Shown: piece by piece, positions 1 through 8,865 of the stretch
How positions within the stretch are numbered: position 1 is the stretch's first letter
Layout of the letters: each line of letters opens with the position of its first letter
Origin: an uncultured Candidatus Peribacteria bacterium
GTDB taxonomy: Bacteria > Patescibacteriota > Gracilibacteria > Peribacterales > Peribacteraceae
NCBI GenBank assembly: GCA_964433325.1
Contig: CAYSPY010000005.1
Coordinates: forward strand, 15,953 to 79,952
DNA: 64,000 nucleotides
Reading direction: 5' to 3'
Notes under the pieces: generated by a model
What the model saw: only the letters and a program-made list of their open reading frames with translations
Databases searched by the model: none
What the model was told of the DNA's origin: nothing
Program-made: the position numbers and the translations under genes

Positions 1-1042
1 TCAATTGCGCATCAGCATCATCCAAAAGAGAGCGCGCTGCTTTTACACGGCGTCCGTTCGATTGAATAGCAATGTCAGCTTGAATGGTTGCATCTAAATC
101 ACTGACGGCGCTCGATGCGGACTGGATAGTACGAGTTGCGATACGTGCCATGTCCTCCTCCGTAGATGACACCTGTTCTTCGATATCCATTGTCAGTTCA
201 CTCGCGACAGAAGCTGCACTGCTTACATCGTCAAATACCGACTCCAGCACTTCGTTATCCTGATCACCCTCTTTCACATCCGAGATCGCTGCACTATGCG
301 CGATCAGCGTTGTTTCAAGGCTAACGGAAATATCTGCAGCAGACTCAGGATCTTCTTGTGCAAGCTTGTTGATATGCCTCTTTGCAACAGAGACATGACG
401 ATCAAGGGATTCTTCGATAGCTGCCCAATGAGCGGATGTCAGTTCTTTACGAGCAATCAATCGCTCTGCCTCGGCCAAGCGACGTTTTACACAATTTGAT
501 GCCCACTCCGCTCTACCAGCTGTCGTCACCGTTACCATCGCACGAGCTGGCTCCATCACATTCACTTTCACGGGATAAAGAGTATCACCAGGTACTGCTT
601 CTGTGGCAGCAAGCGCGACGCTATTACCGAGCACTAGCACAACACAGAAAGCTGCAATACCTCTAAATACTCCGCCTCGCGTCAAAAACGCGAGGTTTTC
701 GAAGAATCTATCAAGCATAGGCACTGCGGGCTCGGATTGGAACGACCGATGGGGATGCGCTTGCACGAACTGGGCCAAGCGGAATCTCGCTTCTTCCTGT
801 TCTTCTGGGCGCAGATGATCCCCCGGTAGGGACTCTGCTGGTAGGTGCATATGCTCCTGTAGACGGAGATCTACCTCCTCTCTTACAGAAATCTTACCGA
901 TTGCAAAATTTTGGACTCTTTTGCGACATTCATGATGTTCCTCACGAGACAGATGTGTAAAACAAGCGTCCCGAATGAGCTGTCCCAAGTGCTCATCCTC
1001 ACCTTGCCCAAATACAGGCAATGGATCCTCTGGGCCGTCCAT
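1..1042 (-). CDS. Partial (3' end off window) membrane-anchored anti-sigma-like protein immediately downstream of the ECF sigma gene
   Basis: Hand translation of the minus strand from ATG at 1042 gives MDGPEDPLPVFGQGEDEHLGQLIRDACFTHLSREEHHECRKRV.., then a hydrophobic segment (GIAAFCVVLVLGNSVALAA), then a long helical acidic region. It stays open to position 1. It starts 21 nt after the sigma stop (a TTG at 1060 is an alternative start). It is not in the ORF track because it is truncated by the window edge. Confidence 0.55.
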   Translation of the reverse strand, partial: MDGPEDPLPVFGQGEDEHLGQLIRDACFTHLSREEHHECRKRVQNFAIGKISVREEVDLRLQEHMHLPAESLPGDHLRPEEQEEARFRLAQFVQAHPHRSFQSEPAVPMLDRFFENLAFLTRGGVFRGIAAFCVVLVLGNSVALAATEAVPGDTLYPVKVNVMEPARAMVTVTTAGRAEWASNCVKRRLAEAERLIARKELTSAHWAAIEESLDRHVSVAKRHINKLAQEDPESAADISVSLETTLIAHSAAISDVKEGDQDNEVLESVFDDVSSAASVASELTMDIEEQVSSTEEDMARIATRTIQSASSAVSDLDATIQADIAIQSNGRRVKAARSLLDDADAQL

Positions 1043-1062
1043 GGAATGATCGTGTGCCAACG

Positions 1063-1575
1063 TTATTTTAATATCACCCTGAGCTTGGATAGTCCACGGT
1101 GCAGGCGCACCGATACGGTGTTAGGTGTTTCTCCCGTAATTTGAGCAATTTCAGCGGGCTCCAGCCCATTGACGTAACGCATTACCAGCACTTCGCGATG
1201 GGAATCATCTAGCTGCTTAAGCGCTTCGACTGCTTGCGCACCATCTAAACGCGCTGCTGCACGAGACATGTCATCATCTGCAATGGCTGGATCAAACCCT
1301 GCCTCCTGCAATTCGTCGAGTGATGCTTCTTTTTTCTTGCGAACGAAGTCAATAATCAAGTTATTGGCAATGCGGTATAAAAGAGCACGGATATTTTCGA
1401 CCTTCTCTCCTTTTCCTAAATATTCCCACGTACGCATAAATGTATCCTGCATCACATCTTTCGCTTTTTCACGGTCAAACAACCGATAGTAGCAATGCCG
1501 GAAGATTGCATCGGAATATGCATCGTATGCCTGGAGAAATTCTTCTTCGAGAGCTGTGGAATGCTTGGATGGCAT
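1063..1575 (-). CDS. ECF-type RNA polymerase sigma-70 family factor
   Basis: 170 aa. Region 2 (DAIFRHCYYRLFDREKAKDVMQDTFMRTWEYL) and region 4 HTH (REVLVMRYVNGLEPAEIAQITGETPNTVSVRLHRGLSKLR) are typical of group 4 sigma factors. Confidence 0.9.
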   Translation of the reverse strand: MPSKHSTALEEEFLQAYDAYSDAIFRHCYYRLFDREKAKDVMQDTFMRTWEYLGKGEKVENIRALLYRIANNLIIDFVRKKKEASLDELQEAGFDPAIADDDMSRAAARLDGAQAVEALKQLDDSHREVLVMRYVNGLEPAEIAQITGETPNTVSVRLHRGLSKLRVILK

Positions 1576-1645
1576 AGGAGCTTTGCATTTTGGCAGATCA
1601 CTACATTTTTGTCACCCAATAAGAAGCTGCAACTACAACAGGATG

Positions 1646-1654
1646 TGGTATAGT
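1646..1654 (+). promoter_or_regulatory. Extended -10 element TGGTATAGT in front of the ROK kinase gene
   Basis: TGnTATAGT ends 7 nt before the ATG at 1662, which implies a leaderless or near-leaderless mRNA. The GTG at 1653 used by the ORF track overlaps this element. Confidence 0.3.
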
Positions 1655-2531
1655 GACCTCAATGACACAATCTCATGTGATTGGCGTGGATTTGGGCGGA
1701 ACCAAGTGTGCACTCGCATTATTTGATGCCAATACGTTCGATATCATCGAAAAAAAGACAATTCCGACCCGCGCCACAGATGGGTTCACGGAGGTCATGA
1801 ATGATGTGATCGCAGCGATCGAAAGTTTGCGAACTCCTGAAACGACTGCAGTAGGCATTGGTGTCCCGGGCTTGGTTCGCCAGCCCGAAGGGTTTTTAAT
1901 CAAAGCGCCAAATATTGCCGATAGCGATAACTTCCCCATCAAACAGATGATGACCGAGAAGCTCGGCATGCCGGTGTTTGTGGGGAACGACGCAAACTGC
2001 TTTGTGCTCGCAGAAGCGCGTCTTGGGAGCGGCAAGGATTATAAAATGGTAATCGGCATTACATTCGGTACAGGTGTTGGTGGCGGACTCGTCATTGATG
2101 GAAAACTTTTTGAAGGAGCACACGGCTACGCTGCAGAAATCGGACACATGCTGATGATGCCGGGCCACCCACCCTATGACGATAAAGAAGATCAGCGTGG
2201 ACGTGTGGAGCAGTTCCTTTCGGGTACGGCGATGGGCAAGCGATGTGAAGCTGCACAAAGCCCGGAAGACTATCTAGAAGGCGCAGTGTGTTCGTTTATG
2301 CAACCGCAGATCTACCGCGAAGTTGCATGGCTCTGTACGACCCTCACTTACATGATGGACCCCGATGTAATTGTCTTTGGTGGGAGTGCAGGACACGCTC
2401 TCCTCAAACACGTGGATCAGATCACCGAAGAATTAAAGAAATGGACCCTGCCCGGCACTCCCTTGCCAGCGATTGTCGCAGCGACCATGAAAGATGCAGG
2501 AGTTGTAGGTGCGGCACTGCTTACGAAGTAA
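1653..2531 (+). CDS. ROK family sugar kinase (glucokinase-like)
   Basis: VIGVDLGGTKCALALFD (N-terminal ATP-binding motif), GNDANCFVLAEA and GTGVGGGLVIDG are ROK signatures. There is no N-terminal HTH, so a kinase rather than a repressor. The true start may be the ATG at 1662. Confidence 0.85.
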   Translation: MTSMTQSHVIGVDLGGTKCALALFDANTFDIIEKKTIPTRATDGFTEVMNDVIAAIESLRTPETTAVGIGVPGLVRQPEGFLIKAPNIADSDNFPIKQMMTEKLGMPVFVGNDANCFVLAEARLGSGKDYKMVIGITFGTGVGGGLVIDGKLFEGAHGYAAEIGHMLMMPGHPPYDDKEDQRGRVEQFLSGTAMGKRCEAAQSPEDYLEGAVCSFMQPQIYREVAWLCTTLTYMMDPDVIVFGGSAGHALLKHVDQITEELKKWTLPGTPLPAIVAATMKDAGVVGAALLTK

Positions 2532-2536
2532 GAGAA

Positions 2537-3928
2537 CTACGCGTGATGAATGTGAAACTTCCCATCTTTATCGATCCTCTCAAACCCGTGTGCGCCAAAA
2601 AAGTCACGTTGAGCTTGTATGAGGTTCTGCGGAAGTTTTTCGGTGCGGTAACTGTCGTAATACCAGAGCGCGGAACTCATCGCAGGGAGTGGAATACCGC
2701 GTAGAGCACCTAAGGCGACTGTATGACGCCATTGAATCTGTCGATCTTTATCGAACCGAGCACGGAGTGCGAGCCCCGCATCGCGGTCTCCTGCAAATGC
2801 TTGTTGATACCACTCAGTCATCGCAGAGCGAATGATGCACCCACCGCGCCAGATGCGGCAGATATCGGATACGTTAAGATTCCATCCTTCTGCCTTGGAT
2901 GCTTCTGTAAGCATCTGCAAACCCTGTGCATAGGCATTAAGCATGGAAAGCTCGAGTGCACTTCGCACATCACCAAGCAATTCTGCTTTATCCACCGGAA
3001 TATCATCTACTTGCAGTGGTGTGGCGGCAGCTTGGGTTACGCGAAATTCTTTTGCAGAGGACATGATGCGTGCATCTACCCCCGCAGTAATCGTCGGAAC
3101 CGAGACTCCATATTCAAATGCAGACTCCGTCGTCCACTTACCAGTCCCCTTCTGCGCAGCTACATCTTTGATCATATCAATAAGATCATTGCCACTTTCT
3201 GGGTCTTTAAGAGTAAAAATATCTGCCGTGATTTCCATCAAAAATCCTTTTAGTTCTGGGCTTTTGCTCCAACTACTAAAGGCTTGAGCGAGCTCTGCAT
3301 TGGTGAACCCACCCAATCGCTTAAGCAGATCATAGGCCTCTGCAATCAACTGCATGACACCGTACTCGATACCGTTATGCACGGTTTTCACGAAATGCCC
3401 CGCACCACCCTCACCGATGTACGTCACACACTTTCCACCTGCACCATCATCTGCCGACATCTTTATAAGGAGTGGCTCGAGCTGACTGTACGCATCTTTA
3501 TCGCCACCGGGCATCATACTTGGCCCATGTAATGCACCTTCTTCGCCACCACTCACTCCCATACCGACAAACTTGATTCCTTTTGCAGATAATTCGCTTA
3601 CTCGACGATTCGTATCCTTATAGAGACTGTTTCCTGCGTCGATAAGGATATCGCCTTGCGACAAATGCGGCAGAAGCTGATCAACCATCTCGTCCACTGC
3701 CTCCCCCGCCTTCACCATGAGCACAATAGCACGTGGGCTTTGCATCGAATGCACAAACTCATCGATTGTTTTGGTAGCAACGAATTCTCCTTCGGCCCCA
3801 TGTGCTGCCATAAACGCATCTGTTTTTTCGGCCGTGCGGTTATAGACAGAAACTCTCGCGCCGTTTCGTGCGGCATTACGAGCAAGGTTGCCGCCCATTG
3901 TTCCGAGTCCGATTAGTCCAATGTTCAT
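2537..3928 (-). CDS. gnd: 6-phosphogluconate dehydrogenase, decarboxylating
   Basis: MNIGLIGLGTMGGNLARNAARNG (Rossmann N-terminus), then full-length collinear similarity to Gnd (..GMGVSGGEEGALHGPSMMPGG.., ..IWRGGCIIRS..). Start trimmed from the ORF-track 3949 to the ATG at 3928. Confidence 0.93.
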   Translation of the reverse strand: MNIGLIGLGTMGGNLARNAARNGARVSVYNRTAEKTDAFMAAHGAEGEFVATKTIDEFVHSMQSPRAIVLMVKAGEAVDEMVDQLLPHLSQGDILIDAGNSLYKDTNRRVSELSAKGIKFVGMGVSGGEEGALHGPSMMPGGDKDAYSQLEPLLIKMSADDGAGGKCVTYIGEGGAGHFVKTVHNGIEYGVMQLIAEAYDLLKRLGGFTNAELAQAFSSWSKSPELKGFLMEITADIFTLKDPESGNDLIDMIKDVAAQKGTGKWTTESAFEYGVSVPTITAGVDARIMSSAKEFRVTQAAATPLQVDDIPVDKAELLGDVRSALELSMLNAYAQGLQMLTEASKAEGWNLNVSDICRIWRGGCIIRSAMTEWYQQAFAGDRDAGLALRARFDKDRQIQWRHTVALGALRGIPLPAMSSALWYYDSYRTEKLPQNLIQAQRDFFGAHGFERIDKDGKFHIHHA

Positions 3929-3990
3929 ACAATGAATAAGGAAATTCACTGACTAGCTTATAGTGGGCATTGTGATAATAATAGTCATTG

Positions 3991-4383
3991 ATGCTTACGG
4001 ATTTACCTGCCGATGAACATGATGAACGGCCGTTAATGGAAGTATACCGATCATTTCACCCTTCCCATTGCGGCCTTGTCCAATATTCCGAGGACATCCG
4101 AGAACTGCTGATTCAAGTACGAGAAAAATCAACGAAAAAAACATTAGAGTTCATTCAAGAATTGACCCGAGCAAGAATGCGCACTCAAAAAATAATTCGT
4201 GATGCGATCAAACAGAGCTTGGGTGATGAAGTTGAAGACAATCGAGTGCTGGATGCTCAAATCATGTTCGGCGAATTTGACGGAAGCAGCATTGAACAAC
4301 TTAAAAAATCGGAAATCATTCAAAGAATGCTCGAGGAACGAAGGGATTTAATCCTTCGCATCACCGATTATATTAACTCTTAA
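3991..4383 (+). CDS. Hypothetical protein (about 130 aa, helical, charged)
   Basis: The only long ORF in this gap, with somewhat lower GC. No recognisable motif. Confidence 0.5.
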   Translation: MLTDLPADEHDERPLMEVYRSFHPSHCGLVQYSEDIRELLIQVREKSTKKTLEFIQELTRARMRTQKIIRDAIKQSLGDEVEDNRVLDAQIMFGEFDGSSIEQLKKSEIIQRMLEERRDLILRITDYINS

Positions 4384-4388
4384 AACTT

Positions 4389-5045
4389 CTAAGCCTTCTT
4401 TCCCTTTGTAGACACTTTCTCCCAGTCTTCCATAAATTTCTTGAGGCCGCTGTCGGTCAATGGGTGCTTCGCAAGTTTCTCGAATACGTCGTACGGCATG
4501 GTGCAAATATGTGCACCAAGACGTGCAGATTCCACAACGTGCATGGGGTGACGTACCGATGCGACCAATACTTCCGTCTTAAAGTTGTAATTGCTCCACA
4601 CATCCAAAATATCGGAAATCAGCTGCATACCATTCTCGCCAATATCATCAAGACGACCAATGAACGGGCTAATAATCGATGCACCCGCCTTTGCTGCAAG
4701 AATCGCCTGCGGTACAGAGAATACCAGGGTGACGTTGGTACGAATCTTTTTTGATGCAAAATAGGAAACGGCCTTGAGACCTTCTGTGGTCATCGGAACT
4801 TTCACAACGATATTTTTGTGCCACTTGGCGTACTCTGTCCCCTGCTTCTTCATTCCTTCGAAATCTGTTGCTGTGACTTGTGCACTCACATTCGGTGCGT
4901 ATTTACACATTTCCAATACCGTCTTCTTAAAATCCTTTCCTTCTTTTGCAACAAGTGATGGATTAGTTGTCACACCGTCGAGTACACCGAGTGCAGCTGC
5001 GAGCTTTACTTGTTCGACGTTGGCAGTATCAAGAAAGAATTTCAT
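4389..5045 (-). CDS. tal: Transaldolase / fructose-6-phosphate aldolase family (short type 3B)
   Basis: MKFFLDTANVEQVKLAAALGVLDGVTTNPSL and ..VVKVPMTTEGLKA.. (Schiff-base Lys context) are typical of short transaldolases. Start trimmed to the ATG at 5045. Confidence 0.9.
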   Translation of the reverse strand: MKFFLDTANVEQVKLAAALGVLDGVTTNPSLVAKEGKDFKKTVLEMCKYAPNVSAQVTATDFEGMKKQGTEYAKWHKNIVVKVPMTTEGLKAVSYFASKKIRTNVTLVFSVPQAILAAKAGASIISPFIGRLDDIGENGMQLISDILDVWSNYNFKTEVLVASVRHPMHVVESARLGAHICTMPYDVFEKLAKHPLTDSGLKKFMEDWEKVSTKGKKA

Positions 5046-5166
5046 GGGAATGTGTTGGGAAAACTCCTTGATTGTACTCCTGCATATTCTCCGTCGCACG
5101 ATTATTCCCCGACAGTTCTCTTGCTTTCATACGTCTTACCATCGACGATAGCTTCTCCACCCTCTT

Positions 5167-5955
5167 ATGAAACAACTTCCATTCACCATCGGTCTTGTTG
5201 GATTACTCCTCCTAACTGCGTGCAACGACCCAGAAACAGTCATCCGCGCACCAGTTGACCCCTACATATCCTCATCGGCTGCTACGGAGCCAGATACAGC
5301 ACCGGGTACAACAATCGAGCCAGCTGGTGAAACCCCTGCATCTTCCAAGCCTGCGCAAGCAGCAGCCCCAACAAATGAACCCACTCCTGGGTCCATTCGC
5401 ATTGAGATGCCATTTGCACCACAGGCCCCAACAGGAAGTTGGGATCCACCATATGATGAAGCATGTGAAGAAGCATCACTCATTATCGTGCATCACTACT
5501 TAGAATCCACAGCGCTCAATAACAGCATTATGGATAGCGATATCAAATCGATGGTCGCACACGAAACATCAAAAGGCTTACCCATCGACATTGATATGTT
5601 CCAGTTGGCAGATGTCGCGCGCGACCTGTATGGATACGACGCAGAGGTATTAGAGGGAGCAGATGTATCGATTGCACGTATCGAACAGGAACTCGCAAAA
5701 GGAAATCCTGTGATTGTGCCTCTTGCTGGCCAAGATATCGGCAACCCGTATTACAGCGGCGACGGTCCTCCGTATCACGTTCTTGTGATTGTGGGCTACA
5801 ACAGCACGCAGTTCATTACGCACGACGTGGGAACCAAGCGCGGCGAGAACTACGTCTATAAAAAAGATGTGATTATGAGCGCGATTCATGACTGGAACGG
5901 CAGTGTGGATACGATTAGGTCTGGACCGCGCAGGTTGTTGATTGTGACGAAGTAA
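5167..5955 (+). CDS. Lipoprotein with peptidase C39-like (papain-fold) domain
   Basis: Lipobox LLLLTAC at the N-terminus, a Pro/Ala/Thr linker, then FAPQAPTGSWDPPYDEACEEASLIIVHHYL ... HVLVIVGY ... HD, resembling C39_2-type domains. Confidence 0.65.
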   Translation: MKQLPFTIGLVGLLLLTACNDPETVIRAPVDPYISSSAATEPDTAPGTTIEPAGETPASSKPAQAAAPTNEPTPGSIRIEMPFAPQAPTGSWDPPYDEACEEASLIIVHHYLESTALNNSIMDSDIKSMVAHETSKGLPIDIDMFQLADVARDLYGYDAEVLEGADVSIARIEQELAKGNPVIVPLAGQDIGNPYYSGDGPPYHVLVIVGYNSTQFITHDVGTKRGENYVYKKDVIMSAIHDWNGSVDTIRSGPRRLLIVTK

Positions 5956-6288
5956 TTAAAACAATCGTCCCCCCATCACCGCTTCGCTATCGGGCTTAAT
6001 GAGAATCACTTCCCCATTCTCATCCGGAACGCCCAGCGTGAGTACTTCGGACATAAACGGACCAATCTGACGTGGGGGAAAATTTGTGACGCACAAAACT
6101 TGTCGCCCTATTAAATCCTCTTTCGTGTAGTGCACAGTAATTTGAGCTGATGAACGCTTAATACCAATCACTGAGCCAAAATCGATGGTCAGCTTATATG
6201 CAGGCTTACGTGCCTCGGGGAAATCTTCCGCATTGATAATGCGGCCGACGTGAATCTCTAGGTTGTGGAAATCTTCGATAGTTGCCAT
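5956..6288 (-). CDS. csaA: tRNA-binding domain protein (CsaA/EMAP-fold)
   Basis: MATIEDFHNLEIHVGRIINAEDFPEARKPAYKLTIDFG...GRQVLCVTNFPPRQIGPFMSEVLTLGV matches the CsaA / Trbp111 OB-fold family. Start trimmed to the ATG at 6288. Confidence 0.8.
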   Translation of the reverse strand: MATIEDFHNLEIHVGRIINAEDFPEARKPAYKLTIDFGSVIGIKRSSAQITVHYTKEDLIGRQVLCVTNFPPRQIGPFMSEVLTLGVPDENGEVILIKPDSEAVMGGRLF

Positions 6289-6347
6289 GTTTCCAGAATA
6301 CAGCGAATACGGCATACTGCCACTGAACTTCTTGCCCCCGCCTTTGT

Positions 6348-8648
6348 ATGACCCGTCCTTCGTTATCTACCCTCTCTGGCTCCATCCCCGCTTCTGCAAA
6401 ACGTGTGTTGGAATCGGTAAAACCAGGAAAGCGAGAATGGATCGGTCCCGATCAAGCAGCAGAGCTGACTGCGGATGAAAAAAAGGCGTATGAAGCTGCA
6501 CACACCATCATGGCACATTTGTGCGTGCGTGCTCCAACCGCTCATAGCTCTGGTCACCCAGGCGGACCGCTATCATCATTCACCTTTGCCTATAGCCTAA
6601 GCAAACGACGTGACCCACACACCGACCAACCACTACGTATTAGTGCAGGACACTTGAGTCTACTTTCGTATGGACTCCAGTGGATGTTTGGCCGAAGTGC
6701 AGATGACGAGCGATTGAAAAACCCTCAAGCAATTATCGAGACCTTCCGCATTCCTTCGGGGCTCCCCGGACACGTGGAAGCGGGAATTGGTGATATTCCA
6801 TTTGGCACAGGCCCACTGGGGAAAGGCGTGAGCCACGGTGTTGGCACTGCCTTTGGCCTTAAGTATCAGAATAAAAAAGGAACAGTCGACGTACTACTTG
6901 CAGATGGTGATAGCCAAGAAGGCCAGGTAATGGAAGCGATGCGCGTCGCATCACACTTACAACTCGATAACCTTGTCGTCCACGGTGACTGGAACGATAT
7001 TCAACTTTCTGACTTGCCCACAAAAACTGCAGCAACAGATATGGCATCCATTGCAGAAGCTGCTGGCTGGAGCGTGATTGAAGTACAAGACGGAAATGAC
7101 CCCGCACAAGTAAAAGCAGCACAAGATGTTGCGGACTCCTGGATTGGCAAAGGTCACCCAATCTTCATCTGTTATTACACGACCATGGGTAACGGTGTGT
7201 CGTTTATGGAGGAAGGGTCAAACACCGGTGCAAAAAACTATCATGGTTCCCCACTCAGTAAAGAAGAACATGATAAAGCGATTACTGAGCTCCCCGATTT
7301 CGAAGAAGCGACTAAAGCGTACGAGAACTACAGAATTGCAGAACAACAGAGATATATGTCAGCAAAGCCAACTGAGACTGATGTCATAATTGATTGGACC
7401 GTGCCAAAAGGATTTAAACGAACGATCTTTACCGATAAGGCAGCAGCGCGGAAGGAATTCGGCGCAACATATACAAAAGAATTGATGAAGCATGACCGTC
7501 GCATTGTTGTGCTCCATGCGGACCTCGCTGGTTCTGGTGGGTTCGATAAGGTTCACAAAGATTTCCCTGACCGGGTGATCAACGTAGGAGTTGCCGAAGC
7601 AAACATGTACATGATGGCCGCAGGAATGCGCCAAACAGGGTTACTCCCACTCACGTATACCTTTGCAGCGTTTGCAACCAACGAAGCACGTGCAAATGCG
7701 CGCTTGATTGATATTAACTGTGGCCACACACGTTGCGGCGTCATTCATGATGGAACACACGCTGGGTTAAGCGTTGGTGAAGATGGCGAGACTCATCAGG
7801 AACAAAACTATCTGAATATTCCCTTCCATCATTCACAAGTCTGGATGCCCGGTGACGCAAACCAGAGTGGTGCGATGGCCGAGAAAGCGATGGAGATTAT
7901 CGCCGAAGGTCACCAGAGCGTATTTATTTTCTCTCCGCGCAGCGATCATCCACAAATTAAAACTCCATCTGGCGATGTGCTTTATGGGGCTGATTACGTC
8001 TACGACGGGAAAATTGATTTGGTCCGCGGAAAAGGAAACATGGAAGATCAGATTACAATTCTTGCAACAGGGAGCTGCATCCATGCAGCAATCGAAGCTG
8101 CAGATCAATTAAAGAACGTTCGCGTGCTCAACGTGTCTTCTATTCGCCCCATAGATGCATCTGCCGTTATTCAAGCAGCACTCGAGACAATCCACTTGAT
8201 CGTTGTCGAAGACCACAACACCGAAGGAGGCCTCGCAACGCAAGTTGCCGATATCATCGCGGACTTCCAACTCCCCTGCAGCCTCCGCAGGCTGGGGCTT
8301 AACCATTACTTCCCATCTGGCAAAGCAGAAGACCTCATGTTCTTTGCGGGGCTCGATACCGATAGCATTATCGACGCTGTACAGGATGAACTGAAGACCG
8401 AAGTAACCGGTGGCGAAGATTCCTTTGTGTCCTCGCTCTACATGTTGATGCAACACCTAGGAACCAGCAGATTCCGTGATTCAGCGGAGCCGTTTGTCCA
8501 AAAAGTGATTGAAGAAGAGGAATACCTAGAAATGCTGCGTAGTTTTTGGAACAAGCGCACAGTCCCCCTTTCAAAATTGCCAACCAATAAGGAACTACGA
8601 AGTCGATTAGGTGCAGCAACCAACGAATTGCCCGAAGGGATGATGTAA
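6348..8648 (+). CDS. tkt: Transketolase (single-chain, with a C-terminal extension of about 95 aa)
   Basis: SGHPGGPLSSF (ThDP motif), GDSQEGQVMEAM, ..GVAEANMYMMAAGM.., ..THDGLSVGEDGETHQ.. are collinear with Tkt. At 766 aa it is about 100 aa longer than usual. Confidence 0.92.
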   Translation: MTRPSLSTLSGSIPASAKRVLESVKPGKREWIGPDQAAELTADEKKAYEAAHTIMAHLCVRAPTAHSSGHPGGPLSSFTFAYSLSKRRDPHTDQPLRISAGHLSLLSYGLQWMFGRSADDERLKNPQAIIETFRIPSGLPGHVEAGIGDIPFGTGPLGKGVSHGVGTAFGLKYQNKKGTVDVLLADGDSQEGQVMEAMRVASHLQLDNLVVHGDWNDIQLSDLPTKTAATDMASIAEAAGWSVIEVQDGNDPAQVKAAQDVADSWIGKGHPIFICYYTTMGNGVSFMEEGSNTGAKNYHGSPLSKEEHDKAITELPDFEEATKAYENYRIAEQQRYMSAKPTETDVIIDWTVPKGFKRTIFTDKAAARKEFGATYTKELMKHDRRIVVLHADLAGSGGFDKVHKDFPDRVINVGVAEANMYMMAAGMRQTGLLPLTYTFAAFATNEARANARLIDINCGHTRCGVIHDGTHAGLSVGEDGETHQEQNYLNIPFHHSQVWMPGDANQSGAMAEKAMEIIAEGHQSVFIFSPRSDHPQIKTPSGDVLYGADYVYDGKIDLVRGKGNMEDQITILATGSCIHAAIEAADQLKNVRVLNVSSIRPIDASAVIQAALETIHLIVVEDHNTEGGLATQVADIIADFQLPCSLRRLGLNHYFPSGKAEDLMFFAGLDTDSIIDAVQDELKTEVTGGEDSFVSSLYMLMQHLGTSRFRDSAEPFVQKVIEEEEYLEMLRSFWNKRTVPLSKLPTNKELRSRLGAATNELPEGMM

Positions 8649-8691
8649 ATTCCATCGCCTAGAAGCCATCTTCTTCGCTACAATGCTTGCG

Positions 8692-8781
8692 GAGAGATGG
8701 CTGAGTGGTCGAAAGCGCCTGACTTGAAATCAGGTGAGCCCGCAAGGGTTCCGTGGGTTCGAATCCCACTCTCTCCGCCAT
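8692..8781 (+). tRNA. tRNA-Ser (anticodon UGA), CCA encoded
   Basis: Acceptor GGAGAGA/TCTCTCC, anticodon stem-loop CCTGA-CTTGAAA-TCAGG, long variable arm, T-arm GTGGG-TTCGAAT-CCCAC, 3' GCCA. Confidence 0.9.
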
Positions 8782-8865
8782 AAACACCCTTAAAAAAGAC
8801 CTGCCAAGCGTTTGTAGCAGCAACGTCTTTCGCTATACTTATGGTTCAGTTTTTCCCCTCAACCT

